In this document: piece after piece, positions 20,988 through 30,033 of the stretch
Layout of the letters: every line of letters begins with the position of its first letter
Numbering within the stretch: position 1 is the first letter of the stretch
Assembly: GCA_035327585.1 (NCBI GenBank)
Contig: DAOLDD010000012.1
Coordinates: 10,882 to 74,881, forward strand
Direction: 5' to 3'
Length of the DNA: 64,000 bases
From: Kiritimatiellia bacterium
GTDB taxonomy: Bacteria; Verrucomicrobiota; Kiritimatiellia; CAIVKH01
Notes under the pieces: generated by a model
What the model was told of the DNA's origin: nothing
The model's input: only the letters and a program-made list of their open reading frames with translations
The model's database searches: none
Position numbers and translations under genes: made by a program

Positions 20988-22091
20988 ATGAGCGAGCGCA
21001 TCAAGGTGGGTATTGTCGGGTGCGGGAACATCAGCCAGGCGTATTTCAACGGCTGTCGCCTGTTTCCCATCCTCGAAGTGACGGCCTGCGCGGACCTCAA
21101 CGAGGCGGCGGCGCGCAAGAAGGCGGAGGAAAACCAGGTTCGTGCGCTCACGGTCGCGGAACTGATGCAGGACCCCGACATCCAAATCGTGATCAACCTC
21201 ACCGTGCCGCGCGTACACGCGGAGATCAGCCTGCAGGCGTTGCGCGCGGGCAAGCATGTACACAGCGAGAAACCGCTGGGGGTGTCGCTGGCCGAGGGGC
21301 GCGCGGTGGTGGAGGAGGCCGCGGCGCGGAAACTGCGCGCCGGCTGTGCGCCGGACACGTTCCTGGGCGCGGGATTCCAGACGTGCCGCAAGTTGGTGGA
21401 GGACGGCTGGATCGGTCGTCCGCTGGCGGGCACGGCGTTCATGATGGGACGCGGGCCCGAGGGCTGGCATCCGAACCCGGCGTTCTTCTACGAGGCCGGC
21501 GGCGGGCCGATGTTCGACATGGGGCCGTACTATCTCACCGCGCTGGTCCACCTGCTCGGCCCGGTGAAATCCGTTTCCGCCGTTACGACGCGCGGGTTCG
21601 AGGAGCGCATCGCGACGTGCAAGGAGCAGATGGGCCGACGTCTGCCGGTGCAGGTGCCGACGCACTACAGCGGCACGCTGGTATTCCGCGACGGTGCGGT
21701 GGTCACCGTGGTGGTGAGTTTTGACGTGCATCGTTCCGCGCACCGGAACATCGAGGTGTACGGCAGCGACGGCAGCCTGCAGGCGCCGGACCCCAACACG
21801 TTTGGCGGGCCGGTGAGCCTCTTCCGCCCGGGGTCCGACGATTGGATGACATCCACCCTCACGCACGGGTATCGCGAAAATTCGCGCGGCATCGGCGTGG
21901 CGGACATGGCGCACGCGGTGCGCTCCGGCCGCCCGCACCGGTGCGACGCGCGACTCGCGCTGCACGTGGTGGAAATCATGCACGCCTTCGAGGCGTCATC
22001 CCGCACAGGCCAGGTCCGCGTGCTGGAAACGACCTGCGAACGTCCCGCGCCGCTGCCCCTCGGCCTGCTGCCCGGCGTGCTGGACGACTGA
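20988..22091 (+). CDS. Gfo/Idh/MocA-family NAD(P)-dependent oxidoreductase
   Basis: KVGIVGCGNISQAYF N-terminal Rossmann motif. 367 aa. Start fixed by length arithmetic, 14 nt after the isomerase stop. Confidence 0.8.
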   Translation: MSERIKVGIVGCGNISQAYFNGCRLFPILEVTACADLNEAAARKKAEENQVRALTVAELMQDPDIQIVINLTVPRVHAEISLQALRAGKHVHSEKPLGVSLAEGRAVVEEAAARKLRAGCAPDTFLGAGFQTCRKLVEDGWIGRPLAGTAFMMGRGPEGWHPNPAFFYEAGGGPMFDMGPYYLTALVHLLGPVKSVSAVTTRGFEERIATCKEQMGRRLPVQVPTHYSGTLVFRDGAVVTVVVSFDVHRSAHRNIEVYGSDGSLQAPDPNTFGGPVSLFRPGSDDWMTSTLTHGYRENSRGIGVADMAHAVRSGRPHRCDARLALHVVEIMHAFEASSRTGQVRVLETTCERPAPLPLGLLPGVLDD

Positions 22092-22144
22092 CGGGATCCT
22101 GCTGTCGGCCCAAATCTGACGGCATGAAATGCCGTCGCTACAGC

Positions 22145-22185
22145 GGTTCATGGAAAACATTATGAACCACTCTATTTCTTTTCTT
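22145..22185 (+). terminator. Hairpin plus T-rich tract in the convergent gap (candidate bidirectional terminator)
   Basis: ggttcat/atgaacc 7-bp stem followed by ctctatttcttttctt. A second perfect hairpin gacggcat-gaa-atgccgtc lies at 22118-22136. Confidence 0.4.
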
Positions 22186-24472
22186 CCACCGCTTTGACCC
22201 TCTCCTGATCTGCGGCGGATACGTTGCCCTCGACCCAACCGTCGTCGAGGGGGTCGTCCTTGCGCGCGTTTAAATCGCGAAAGAGACGGCGCATGTCGAC
22301 AACGGCCCCGGTCATCAGCCAGACGGTTGAAATGACGCCGACGACGGAAGCGACGACCAGGTTGACGTAAAGGAAATAGCCGCTCCACCACGAAAGGGGG
22401 AGCGGGCGTATGGCATTCCAGATGAGCACGCCGACGAAGCAGATCAGAAACTGGTAGACGAAGGAATAGATGAAGACGGACCAGGAGATGATTTTGTCGC
22501 CCCGCGTGTGTTCGGGGCCGATGCCGATCAAGACGTTGTATAAATGACGCAGATTTGAGACGGCGACCGGACGGTGTTCCCCATCAATCGCGTAGAGGCC
22601 GCGGTGCAGCATCCGGTCCAAATTGTAGGGGGCCTTTCGCGTGAGCCAGGAAAAGAAGACATAGCCGGCGAATGCGGCCAGGATGGAGAGGAAATATATT
22701 TCACGCGAGTTGATGGGAAATTTTACGGGATCCATCGCCCAGACAATGTATGGGGCCAGCGGAGCGGATATGGATTTCAGGAAGGTGTCCAGCGGAAGGG
22801 TCCAGCCGCAGCGGTCGATCCAGGGGTAGACGAGGTCCGCCCATCGGCGCTGCAGGAAGATGCCGCCGACGGACAATCCGGAACCGAAGAGCAGCGCCGC
22901 CCAGGCGCCGGCGGTCGTTCCGAAACGGCTGTAGAGGCCGAACAGCATGATTGGACCCGCGCCGCCCAGCCAGATGGAGGTCGTGATGGTCAGGAACATG
23001 CTGATGTAGTCCATGTGCGCGAGGTAGAAGGAAACGAAAAAGAAAAAGAGCGCGACGCCCACGGAGGCGAAGCGTAGCCAGCGCAAGTGGGTCTTCCTGT
23101 CGAAGGGCGTGCGGCGCAACGGCATGATCACGTCCTGCACGAGGGTTGCCGAGGCATTGAAGATTCGCGAGTCGTCGGTGGACAGCATCAGCATGATGAT
23201 CAGCAGGGCGAACAGGCCCATCAGCACCGGCGGGAAGAGGTGCCCCATGGAGGCCGGCATCATCATTTGATAATAGAGCGTGCGGAATTTCTGGAAGACG
23301 GCGTTGCCTTCGCCCTCCGCGGGGATTTCCCGGTTCAGGGTATCCAGCGCGGTCGTCAGATAGATGGTGTCGGGGTTCTGCTCCCGCGAGAGTGGTTGAT
23401 CAATGCCTATCCGGTGGGGCTGTTCGGGAATGGCCCGCAGATTTTCGATGAGGTGCTCGCGAACAGAGGGATCGCTGACCACTTCACCTGCAACGCGTTC
23501 TGTGAGGGCCAGACGAACCTCCCGGGCCTTCGTGGCGAAGCGCGGGTGCGCCATCAGCGTGATGACGGAGATCGCAATGAGCAGGCACATGACGGAACTG
23601 AACCCGTTCCGCCATGCGCCGAGGATGCCGGCCATTTTCTGCTCGTGTGGGGTACGGGCGGAGCCGCTGGTATCGTTGCCGATCCAGCTCGCGCGATTGA
23701 TGATGCCGGAGAGGATGGCCACGAATAGCGCGAAGAGGTTGAAATCGCGCAGGTGGCTGATGTCCATCGGATTCAGGAAACTCTCGCCAGGCGCGCGATC
23801 CTGCATGATCGGGGCAATCTCGCCTCCCCAGGAGAACTGGGTCAGCACATACACGGTGAAGATCACGAAGATGGGATAGCTCATCAGGCCTTGAAAACAG
23901 TCGGTGATGATGAGCGAGATGCGACCCGCGGGCCAGATGACGGTCAACGACAGGACGAGGATACCCCCGATGAGCAGCCCGAAGGTCGAGAGCGGGATTC
24001 CGAGCACGGTGTATACGGGCGGCAGGCCGAGGAAGTAGATGAAGAAGCGCGCCGCCACGGCGGGACCGATGGCATTGGCGAGCATTTCGGAGATGGTGCG
24101 CAGCAGGGCGGCGAAGATGCGGAAGGAGCGGCTGTAGCGCAGTTCAAGAAATTGTCCGATGGAGAGACATCGGGTTTCCCGGAAGCGATAGATGCAGAAG
24201 CCGCTGAGGGAGAGCAGCAGGGAGATGGGGATCATGAGGCCACCCCAGAACCCGAGGGCAAATCCCGTCTGATAGCGCTCCTCCACCAACGCAACGAGCG
24301 TGATGACGCCGAGCGCGGACTCGAGGTCCCCCACCGAGATTACATAGCGGCCGGCCACGCGGCCGGCGGCCAGAAAATCGGCCACACCGCGGACATAGCG
24401 TCCGGCGTAGAGGCCCAGCGCAATGATGATGAGGATCGGAACGATGGCGATGCACCACGACAACCATGTCAT
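22172..24472 (-). CDS. Sodium:solute symporter family (SSS) transporter with a ~130-aa internal soluble insertion and extra C-terminal TM helices
   Basis: 766 aa with many TM segments and the SSS core. An atypical long hydrophilic insert (REVRLALTERVAGEVVSDPSVREHL...) sits mid-protein. Confidence 0.65.
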   Translation of the reverse strand: MTWLSWCIAIVPILIIIALGLYAGRYVRGVADFLAAGRVAGRYVISVGDLESALGVITLVALVEERYQTGFALGFWGGLMIPISLLLSLSGFCIYRFRETRCLSIGQFLELRYSRSFRIFAALLRTISEMLANAIGPAVAARFFIYFLGLPPVYTVLGIPLSTFGLLIGGILVLSLTVIWPAGRISLIITDCFQGLMSYPIFVIFTVYVLTQFSWGGEIAPIMQDRAPGESFLNPMDISHLRDFNLFALFVAILSGIINRASWIGNDTSGSARTPHEQKMAGILGAWRNGFSSVMCLLIAISVITLMAHPRFATKAREVRLALTERVAGEVVSDPSVREHLIENLRAIPEQPHRIGIDQPLSREQNPDTIYLTTALDTLNREIPAEGEGNAVFQKFRTLYYQMMMPASMGHLFPPVLMGLFALLIIMLMLSTDDSRIFNASATLVQDVIMPLRRTPFDRKTHLRWLRFASVGVALFFFFVSFYLAHMDYISMFLTITTSIWLGGAGPIMLFGLYSRFGTTAGAWAALLFGSGLSVGGIFLQRRWADLVYPWIDRCGWTLPLDTFLKSISAPLAPYIVWAMDPVKFPINSREIYFLSILAAFAGYVFFSWLTRKAPYNLDRMLHRGLYAIDGEHRPVAVSNLRHLYNVLIGIGPEHTRGDKIISWSVFIYSFVYQFLICFVGVLIWNAIRPLPLSWWSGYFLYVNLVVASVVGVISTVWLMTGAVVDMRRLFRDLNARKDDPLDDGWVEGNVSAADQERVKAVEEKK

Positions 24473-24555
24473 ACCGCGTCTCCCAACCGGGCTCTATGTC
24501 GCCCCCGGATTGATCTCCTGTTGTTGCTGCGGAACGCCGGGATCGCGGTCCACGG

Positions 24556-25521
24556 TTATGTGGCTTTGACGAAATCCAGCACTTCGCCGAGGTGTCCGTA
24601 GGCCAGTCCGACCACGGTATCCGCCGCGCCGTAGTAGATGGCGAGTCGTCCGGTTTCACGGTCCACCAAGGCCGCGCAGGGGAAGACCACGTTGGGCACG
24701 TCGCCGCAGCGTTCGTAATTCTCCTTGGGCGACATCAAATAGGGTCGGGCGCGGGCGCGCACCTTCCATGGTTCATCCAGGTCCAGCAGGGCCGCGCCAA
24801 AGGCGTAGACGAAGCCACTGCAGGAAGTCAGGACGCCATGATAGATCAGCAACCAGCCGTCCTCGGTTTCAATCGGCACGGGGCCCGCGCCAATCTTCGT
24901 GGCGTCCCATTGGCCGCCGATGGGGGACATCACATGACGATGCCGTCCCCAGAAACACAGGTCCGGACTTTCGCTGTAGAAGATGTCGCCGAACGGTGTG
25001 TGACTCGTGTCGCTGGGTCGGCTCAACATGGCGTAGCGGCCATTGATTTTGCGCGGAAAGAGAACGCCATTCCGGTTGTAGGGGAGGAAGGCGTTTTCGA
25101 GTTGATGAAATTCCTCGAAATCGTCGGTCCAACCCACGCCAATCGTGGGGCCGTGGTAGCCGTTGCACCAGGTGACATAATGCCGGCCTTCGATGGTGCA
25201 GACGCGGGGGTCGTAACCGTACTGGAAGGGGGCCGCGTCCGGATCGCTGTTCTTGAAGGTCAGCGGCTCTTTTTCAATGTTCCACTTCACGCCATCTTTG
25301 CTGAAGCCCCGGTGCAGGCGCATGTTGCGGACGCGATCATCGACGCGGAAAACGCCCGCATATCCGTCGCGAAATGGCACGAGGGCGGAATTGAAGATGC
25401 TATTTGCGCAAGGGACCTGCCGGGGTTGAATGATGGGATTGTGACGGCTGCGCCATAGAACATCATGCTCGCCGGCGGGGCGTTCCTCCCAAGGGAAAGT
25501 TCGGTGCTGTGTCGCGGTCAT
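24556..25521 (-). CDS. Glycoside hydrolase family 130 protein (beta-mannoside phosphorylase/hydrolase type)
   Basis: 321-aa 5-bladed beta-propeller GH130 signature regions ([39 protein letters not shown]). Confidence 0.75.
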   Translation of the reverse strand: MTATQHRTFPWEERPAGEHDVLWRSRHNPIIQPRQVPCANSIFNSALVPFRDGYAGVFRVDDRVRNMRLHRGFSKDGVKWNIEKEPLTFKNSDPDAAPFQYGYDPRVCTIEGRHYVTWCNGYHGPTIGVGWTDDFEEFHQLENAFLPYNRNGVLFPRKINGRYAMLSRPSDTSHTPFGDIFYSESPDLCFWGRHRHVMSPIGGQWDATKIGAGPVPIETEDGWLLIYHGVLTSCSGFVYAFGAALLDLDEPWKVRARARPYLMSPKENYERCGDVPNVVFPCAALVDRETGRLAIYYGAADTVVGLAYGHLGEVLDFVKAT

Positions 25522-25559
25522 GCGTGGGTCTCCTTGTGCATGGACCTTTTACGAATAAC

Positions 25560-25590
25560 GTATTAATACAGTCAACACTCTATTTGATAT
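25560..25590 (+). promoter_or_regulatory. Conserved operator/promoter motif, copy 1: perfect palindrome GTATTAATAC then 11 nt then TATTTGATAT
   Basis: Read in sequence. The same ~30-nt motif recurs upstream of the paralogs at 26597 and 35866. It lies in the divergent region between GH130 (-) and lectin-like gene A (+). A TATAAT box at 25618-25623. Confidence 0.55.
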
Positions 25591-25663
25591 AAATTCTTGC
25601 GTCTGCTTCATTGTGCGTATAATCTGCATCGTTGAGTGGAAGAAAAGGGAAAGGAAAGGCGTC

Positions 25664-26488
25664 ATGAATGCTCGTTTAGGCTGGGTGGTGTCGCTTGGAT
25701 TTTGCCTCAATTTGGGATTTCTGACAGGGGCGTCCGCGACGCTGATACAGGATGACTTCAGCGGGGCTTCACTCAATACGAACGTGTGGGGATCCGCGTT
25801 TACCGGTGGTGCGGCCGCTCCGTCACAGGCGGGTGGTGAATTGACCACCAGCGTGACGACCGGAGGTCAAAACCAGCGCTCACTGATCTACTCGCAGGAA
25901 ACAGATTTCAATTTTTCTCTGCAACCCATCACCATGAGCGCGGATATCGTCGCGCTGGGTGGGGAGGGGTCGGCCACGCAACCCGTGAATAACTATCTCC
26001 TGATCGGTTCGTTCGGCACGAACACGGAGGTTTTGAGCCGATACTACCCGGGTTCGGAACTTCGGCTGGGCGTTTGGCTCTCCGCGGGAGAAACCAATGG
26101 GGTTAACTATCTGGAGGTCGGCACGGTGCGCATCGGCAGCATTACGACCGCCCGCTATGAGTATTCGGGTGAACTGACGTCCATGTCCATGACGCTTTAT
26201 GGAACTTCCTATTCCGTCACGGCCGAAGGCATCAATGGGTTCAGCGTGGGGTCGGGGAATGGGTTCACGGGTACACTGGCGAATGTGAATTCCGCGGAAT
26301 ACAACGATCAATATCGTTTCGCGATGGGATCGGCCAATTCGTACCAAGGCGGGGTCACGACGGGCGCATCGGCTATTTGGGATAGCGTGAGCGTGGTGCC
26401 GGAACCCGGCACGCTGGCGTTGCTGTTGATCGGCGTGGGCGGATTGGCGGTCTCGCGAAAAATATCGCGTCGGGCGCGGCGCGAGTAA
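25664..26488 (+). CDS. PEP-CTERM-anchored secreted protein carrying a novel ~221-aa lectin-like domain (paralog A)
   Basis: Signal peptide, then the domain (LIQDDFSG...GSFGT...YYPGSEL...GVNYLEVGTVRIG...RFAMGSANSYQG), ending in a PEP-CTERM sorting signal VPEPGTLALLLIGVGGLAVSRKISRRARRE. Confidence 0.75.
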   Translation: MNARLGWVVSLGFCLNLGFLTGASATLIQDDFSGASLNTNVWGSAFTGGAAAPSQAGGELTTSVTTGGQNQRSLIYSQETDFNFSLQPITMSADIVALGGEGSATQPVNNYLLIGSFGTNTEVLSRYYPGSELRLGVWLSAGETNGVNYLEVGTVRIGSITTARYEYSGELTSMSMTLYGTSYSVTAEGINGFSVGSGNGFTGTLANVNSAEYNDQYRFAMGSANSYQGGVTTGASAIWDSVSVVPEPGTLALLLIGVGGLAVSRKISRRARRE

Positions 26489-26596
26489 TCTCAGGCAAAA
26501 GTTCCGGCGACTTTGCGTGGGTCGCTTTGTCAGTAAACACGCCTGGGGTGGAGCAGGGGTTTGGTTTCATGCTGATAGGATGGCATTGGTTTGTAC

Positions 26597-26626
26597 GTAT
26601 TAATACAGTCACTATATATTTGATAT
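26597..26626 (+). promoter_or_regulatory. Conserved operator/promoter motif, copy 2 (GTATTAATAC then 10 nt then TATTTGATAT), preceded by TTTGTAC
   Basis: Near-identical to copy 1. Upstream of gene B. A sigma54-like -24/-12 element TGGCGT-N5-ATGCA sits at 26674-26689. Confidence 0.55.
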
Positions 26627-26710
26627 TTACCTCTATCCGATTTGTGATTGTTAATGTAGTATTAGCCGGAGTGTGGCGTTTGGCATGCAAATCCCGAGGG
26701 TAATGGGGGC

Positions 26711-29341
26711 TTGAGAGACATGATTTGCAGACAAGTTGGGTGGGCGGGCTGCCTGGTATTTATTCTGGCGATCCATGCCTTTCCCTGCCCCACGGTGGAC
26801 GAATTTGGCGGGGCATCGATTGATACCGCCATCTGGGGATCGGCCAATACCGGCGCGGCGAGCGCCCCGTCGCAGACGGGCGGCAAACTGATCACCACGG
26901 TTACGGGAACCGGCCAGAATCAGCGATCCCTGATCTACTCGCTGCGCACGAATCTGAACTTCTTTGCGAGATCCCTCACCCTGAGCGCGGATATCGCCGC
27001 CTTGGGCGGAACGGGATCGGACATACGCCCGGTGAACCGCTACCTGTTGATCGGATCGTTTGGCACCGGAGCGGAAACCTTCAGCCGGTACTATCCGGGC
27101 ACCGAGTTGACGTACGGTGTGTGGCTGTCCGCGGGGCAAACCAACGGCGTAAACTATCTCGAGGTAGGAACCGTGCGGATCGGCAACGTGACCGCCATAC
27201 GGCAGGTCTATTCCGGTGTGTTGACCAACATGTCCCTGCTGCTGGATAAAACCTCATTTTCAGTAACCGCCAGCGGTACGGGTGGATTCAGCGTGGGATC
27301 GGGAAACAGCTTCACCGGCACGCTGGCAAATGTGGTCGAAGCCGACTATGCCGGCCGATTCCGTTTCGCGATGGGCGCGGCGAACTCGTATCAAGGCGCG
27401 GTCACGGCGGGCGCCTCTGCGGAATGGAACAACGTATCGATAGTGCCGACGCCCGCGCCGGTCTTGTCCGGGGACGAATTTAATGGGGTGTCGCTTAACG
27501 CGGCCCTCTGGGGGGCAACGCAAACGGGCGTCGCGGCCCCGTCAGTGGCGAACGGTAAACTGACTACACCGGTTACGACAAACAGCCAGAATCAGCGCGC
27601 GTTGATCTATTCATTGCGAACGAATCTCAATTTCTTTGCCCAATCCATCAACTTGAGTGCGGACATCGCCGCCTTGGGCGGGACGGGGTCGCAGCAATTT
27701 CCGGTGAACCGGTATTTCCTGATTGGTTCCTTTGGCACGAATACGGAAGTCCTGAGTCAGTACTATCCGGGCTCCGAGCTTCGGTTCGGCGTCTGGTTGA
27801 CGGCCGGGCAAACCAACGGCGTGAACTATCTCGAGCTCGGAACCGTGCGGATCGGCACCGTGACCGCCATCCGACAGGTCTATACCGGCGTATTGACCAA
27901 CATGTCCCTGGTCCTGAACAAAACCGCGTTTTCCGTAACCGCCAGCGGCACGGGAGGATTCAGCGTGGGATCGGGCAACAGCTTCACCGGCACGCTGGCG
28001 AACGTTTTGGAGGTCGATTACGCCGGCCGATTCCGTTTCGCATTGGGAGCGGCGAATTCGTATCAGGGCGCGGTCACCGCGGGCGCCTCGGCGGAATGGC
28101 ACAACGTATCGTTGATCTATGCGGATGATTCCAATGTGCAGGTCACGATGGACGCCGTGAGCAGCCGGTCCGTCACCAATGGTCAACCCGTCGTCTTCTC
28201 CGTCAACAGCACGAGCGCCGACTGCACCATCCCGTTGCTGAGGATGGGCGGGTTGCCATCGGGGGCCACCTTTACGGTCGTCACAAATGTTGCCGAACGG
28301 AGGGTCACGGGCACGTTCAGTTGGACGCCATCCGTGTCGCCGGGCACCCACAGCATGCGCATCTATTCATGGAATGCCAGCGGCTCAACGAGCTCCTACG
28401 CGCTGAATCTGTATGTGGACAATGTGGGCCAACCCCAAAGCGGCGGTGTGTGGAACTCGCAAACCAACTGGCGGATATCGGTCAGTGCGTTGCGCGCGCC
28501 GAGCAGCGGCAATGCGACGCTCGTGTGGCATTCCGTGACGGGCGTGACGTATGATGTGTATGCATCCTCGCTGCCGTTGGGCGGCGGCGCTTTTTGGGGA
28601 ACCCCGATAACCTCCGGCGTTGAGGCCGCGGGAGTCCTGGCCACCGCCGTGGTGGCGTCGGGCGGTTCCATGCGATTCTATCAAGTGGTGCCGCAGGGGA
28701 TGACCCGCACCGATCGGGGCGTGTGGGGCGTCGTGCGGCCATCCGTGCCAAGCACATTCCACCTGATGTCACCGCCGCTGGTGAGCACCCTCAGTTTCGC
28801 CGACGGCGGAAGTTTCGGCCAGGCCCTCTCGCTCGCGGTTCCTGTCGGCGCGAAGGTCCATATCGCGACGGATGCCACCCCAAGCTGGCTCACCCTGGTG
28901 AAGCAGTCCGGGGGAACATGGCGAACCGTCCCGGCCAATACCGAGTACACCACGCCACTGAATGCCGGCCAGGCCTTTTATCTTGAGGGTGCGTCCGGGT
29001 CCTCCCCGGCGTTCACCGGCGCGGTTCGCAGTGATGGCACGCAATCATATTCATTGGGTACCGGCATAAACCCGGTGGGCATTGCCGAAGGGCGGCCCAT
29101 TTCGCTGGCAGCGACCTTCAGCACCAGCACCATGAGCTCTCCGCCGGTGGGCAATGACAACGAGGACCTGGCCGACATTCTGGTGGTCCAGCACGCCGAC
29201 GGGACGTGGCGTCGCATTGTCCGGCTCGAGAACGGAACCTGGTGGGACATGCGATCGCGCGGAGCAACCACGGTGAATCTCCAGCCGGGCGAAGCCCTGT
29301 TCTACGTGCGCCGGGGAGGCAGCTCCAGCGTGAGCTTCTGA
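26711..29341 (+). CDS. Large secreted protein: two tandem copies of the novel lectin-like domain, then an Ig/PKD-like region and a C-terminal beta-rich domain (paralog B, no PEP-CTERM)
   Basis: TTG start at 26711 (ATG at 26720). N-terminal hydrophobic signal. Domain copies at aa 26-246 and 251-470. A putative-Ig-like segment (GQPVVFSVNSTSAD...TFSWTP...PGTHS). Confidence 0.7.
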   Translation: MRDMICRQVGWAGCLVFILAIHAFPCPTVDEFGGASIDTAIWGSANTGAASAPSQTGGKLITTVTGTGQNQRSLIYSLRTNLNFFARSLTLSADIAALGGTGSDIRPVNRYLLIGSFGTGAETFSRYYPGTELTYGVWLSAGQTNGVNYLEVGTVRIGNVTAIRQVYSGVLTNMSLLLDKTSFSVTASGTGGFSVGSGNSFTGTLANVVEADYAGRFRFAMGAANSYQGAVTAGASAEWNNVSIVPTPAPVLSGDEFNGVSLNAALWGATQTGVAAPSVANGKLTTPVTTNSQNQRALIYSLRTNLNFFAQSINLSADIAALGGTGSQQFPVNRYFLIGSFGTNTEVLSQYYPGSELRFGVWLTAGQTNGVNYLELGTVRIGTVTAIRQVYTGVLTNMSLVLNKTAFSVTASGTGGFSVGSGNSFTGTLANVLEVDYAGRFRFALGAANSYQGAVTAGASAEWHNVSLIYADDSNVQVTMDAVSSRSVTNGQPVVFSVNSTSADCTIPLLRMGGLPSGATFTVVTNVAERRVTGTFSWTPSVSPGTHSMRIYSWNASGSTSSYALNLYVDNVGQPQSGGVWNSQTNWRISVSALRAPSSGNATLVWHSVTGVTYDVYASSLPLGGGAFWGTPITSGVEAAGVLATAVVASGGSMRFYQVVPQGMTRTDRGVWGVVRPSVPSTFHLMSPPLVSTLSFADGGSFGQALSLAVPVGAKVHIATDATPSWLTLVKQSGGTWRTVPANTEYTTPLNAGQAFYLEGASGSSPAFTGAVRSDGTQSYSLGTGINPVGIAEGRPISLAATFSTSTMSSPPVGNDNEDLADILVVQHADGTWRRIVRLENGTWWDMRSRGATTVNLQPGEALFYVRRGGSSSVSF
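26786..28120 (+). repeat. Intragenic tandem duplication: two ~660-bp direct repeats (26786-27448 and 27461-28120) encoding the lectin-like domain
   Basis: Protein copies are about 70-75% identical and the DNA is visibly similar over long stretches (e.g. ggcgtaaactatctcgaggtaggaaccgtgcggatcggcaacgtgaccgcc vs ggcgtgaactatctcgagctcggaaccgtgcggatcggcaccgtgaccgcc). Confidence 0.8.
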
Positions 29342-29343
29342 TC

Positions 29344-30033
29344 GTGAGATTGCATGCTTCCATAATCCGCATGGCCGGAACGCTGGTGGTGTGGGCGCTG
29401 ACCGCCGCCGGGGCTTCCGCCGCCGTGCTGGCGATTCACGAGTTCAATACGAACGATCAAAACTGGGAGGCCGCCGGCGACATGGCCGCCGTTGCGCACT
29501 CCGCATTCAGTGGCGGCTCGTTGCGTGGCGACTTCAATTCACAGGGCATGATTTTCACTCCGGAGACCGGCTCGTTTCACCAGGATACGGACCCCAATTT
29601 CCTGGGTGTCTATCCGGGGCCATTCCTGATCACCGGATTTTCGTTTGATTTATACGCGGACAGCGTGATTCCTCTAGATGTGAACCTCCGGTTGCTGTCC
29701 GGTGTGAACGCTTATTTCATCACCCTCAATATCTCCGGGCGCAACTGGACCGGATGGGAAAACTTCACCGTGGCCCTGGACGATCCTCTGTGGCAGGGCA
29801 ATCCCGCCATTCTGAACACGGTGACCGCCGTGGAGGTTCAGGTTGCGCGTGGTTCCGCGGCTGCGCAATCCTTCTATCTCGATAACTTTCAGACGCTGAG
29901 TGACGAATTTATCCCGGGCGCACTCGTGCCCGAACCGAACACTCTGATGATGTTCTTGAACGCTGGACTTCTATTGGCTGTTCTGCGGCGCCGCGCCATG
30001 CGCAAACGTCCCGCGTCCGAGGAGGCGGTATGA
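29344..30033 (+). CDS. PEP-CTERM-anchored secreted protein (second paralog family, member 1)
   Basis: GTG at 29344 gives a positively charged N-region plus hydrophobic core (ATG at 29371 is the alternative). C-terminal PEP-CTERM VPEPNTLMMFLNAGLLLAVLRRRAMRKRP. Confidence 0.65.
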   Translation: MRLHASIIRMAGTLVVWALTAAGASAAVLAIHEFNTNDQNWEAAGDMAAVAHSAFSGGSLRGDFNSQGMIFTPETGSFHQDTDPNFLGVYPGPFLITGFSFDLYADSVIPLDVNLRLLSGVNAYFITLNISGRNWTGWENFTVALDDPLWQGNPAILNTVTAVEVQVARGSAAAQSFYLDNFQTLSDEFIPGALVPEPNTLMMFLNAGLLLAVLRRRAMRKRPASEEAV

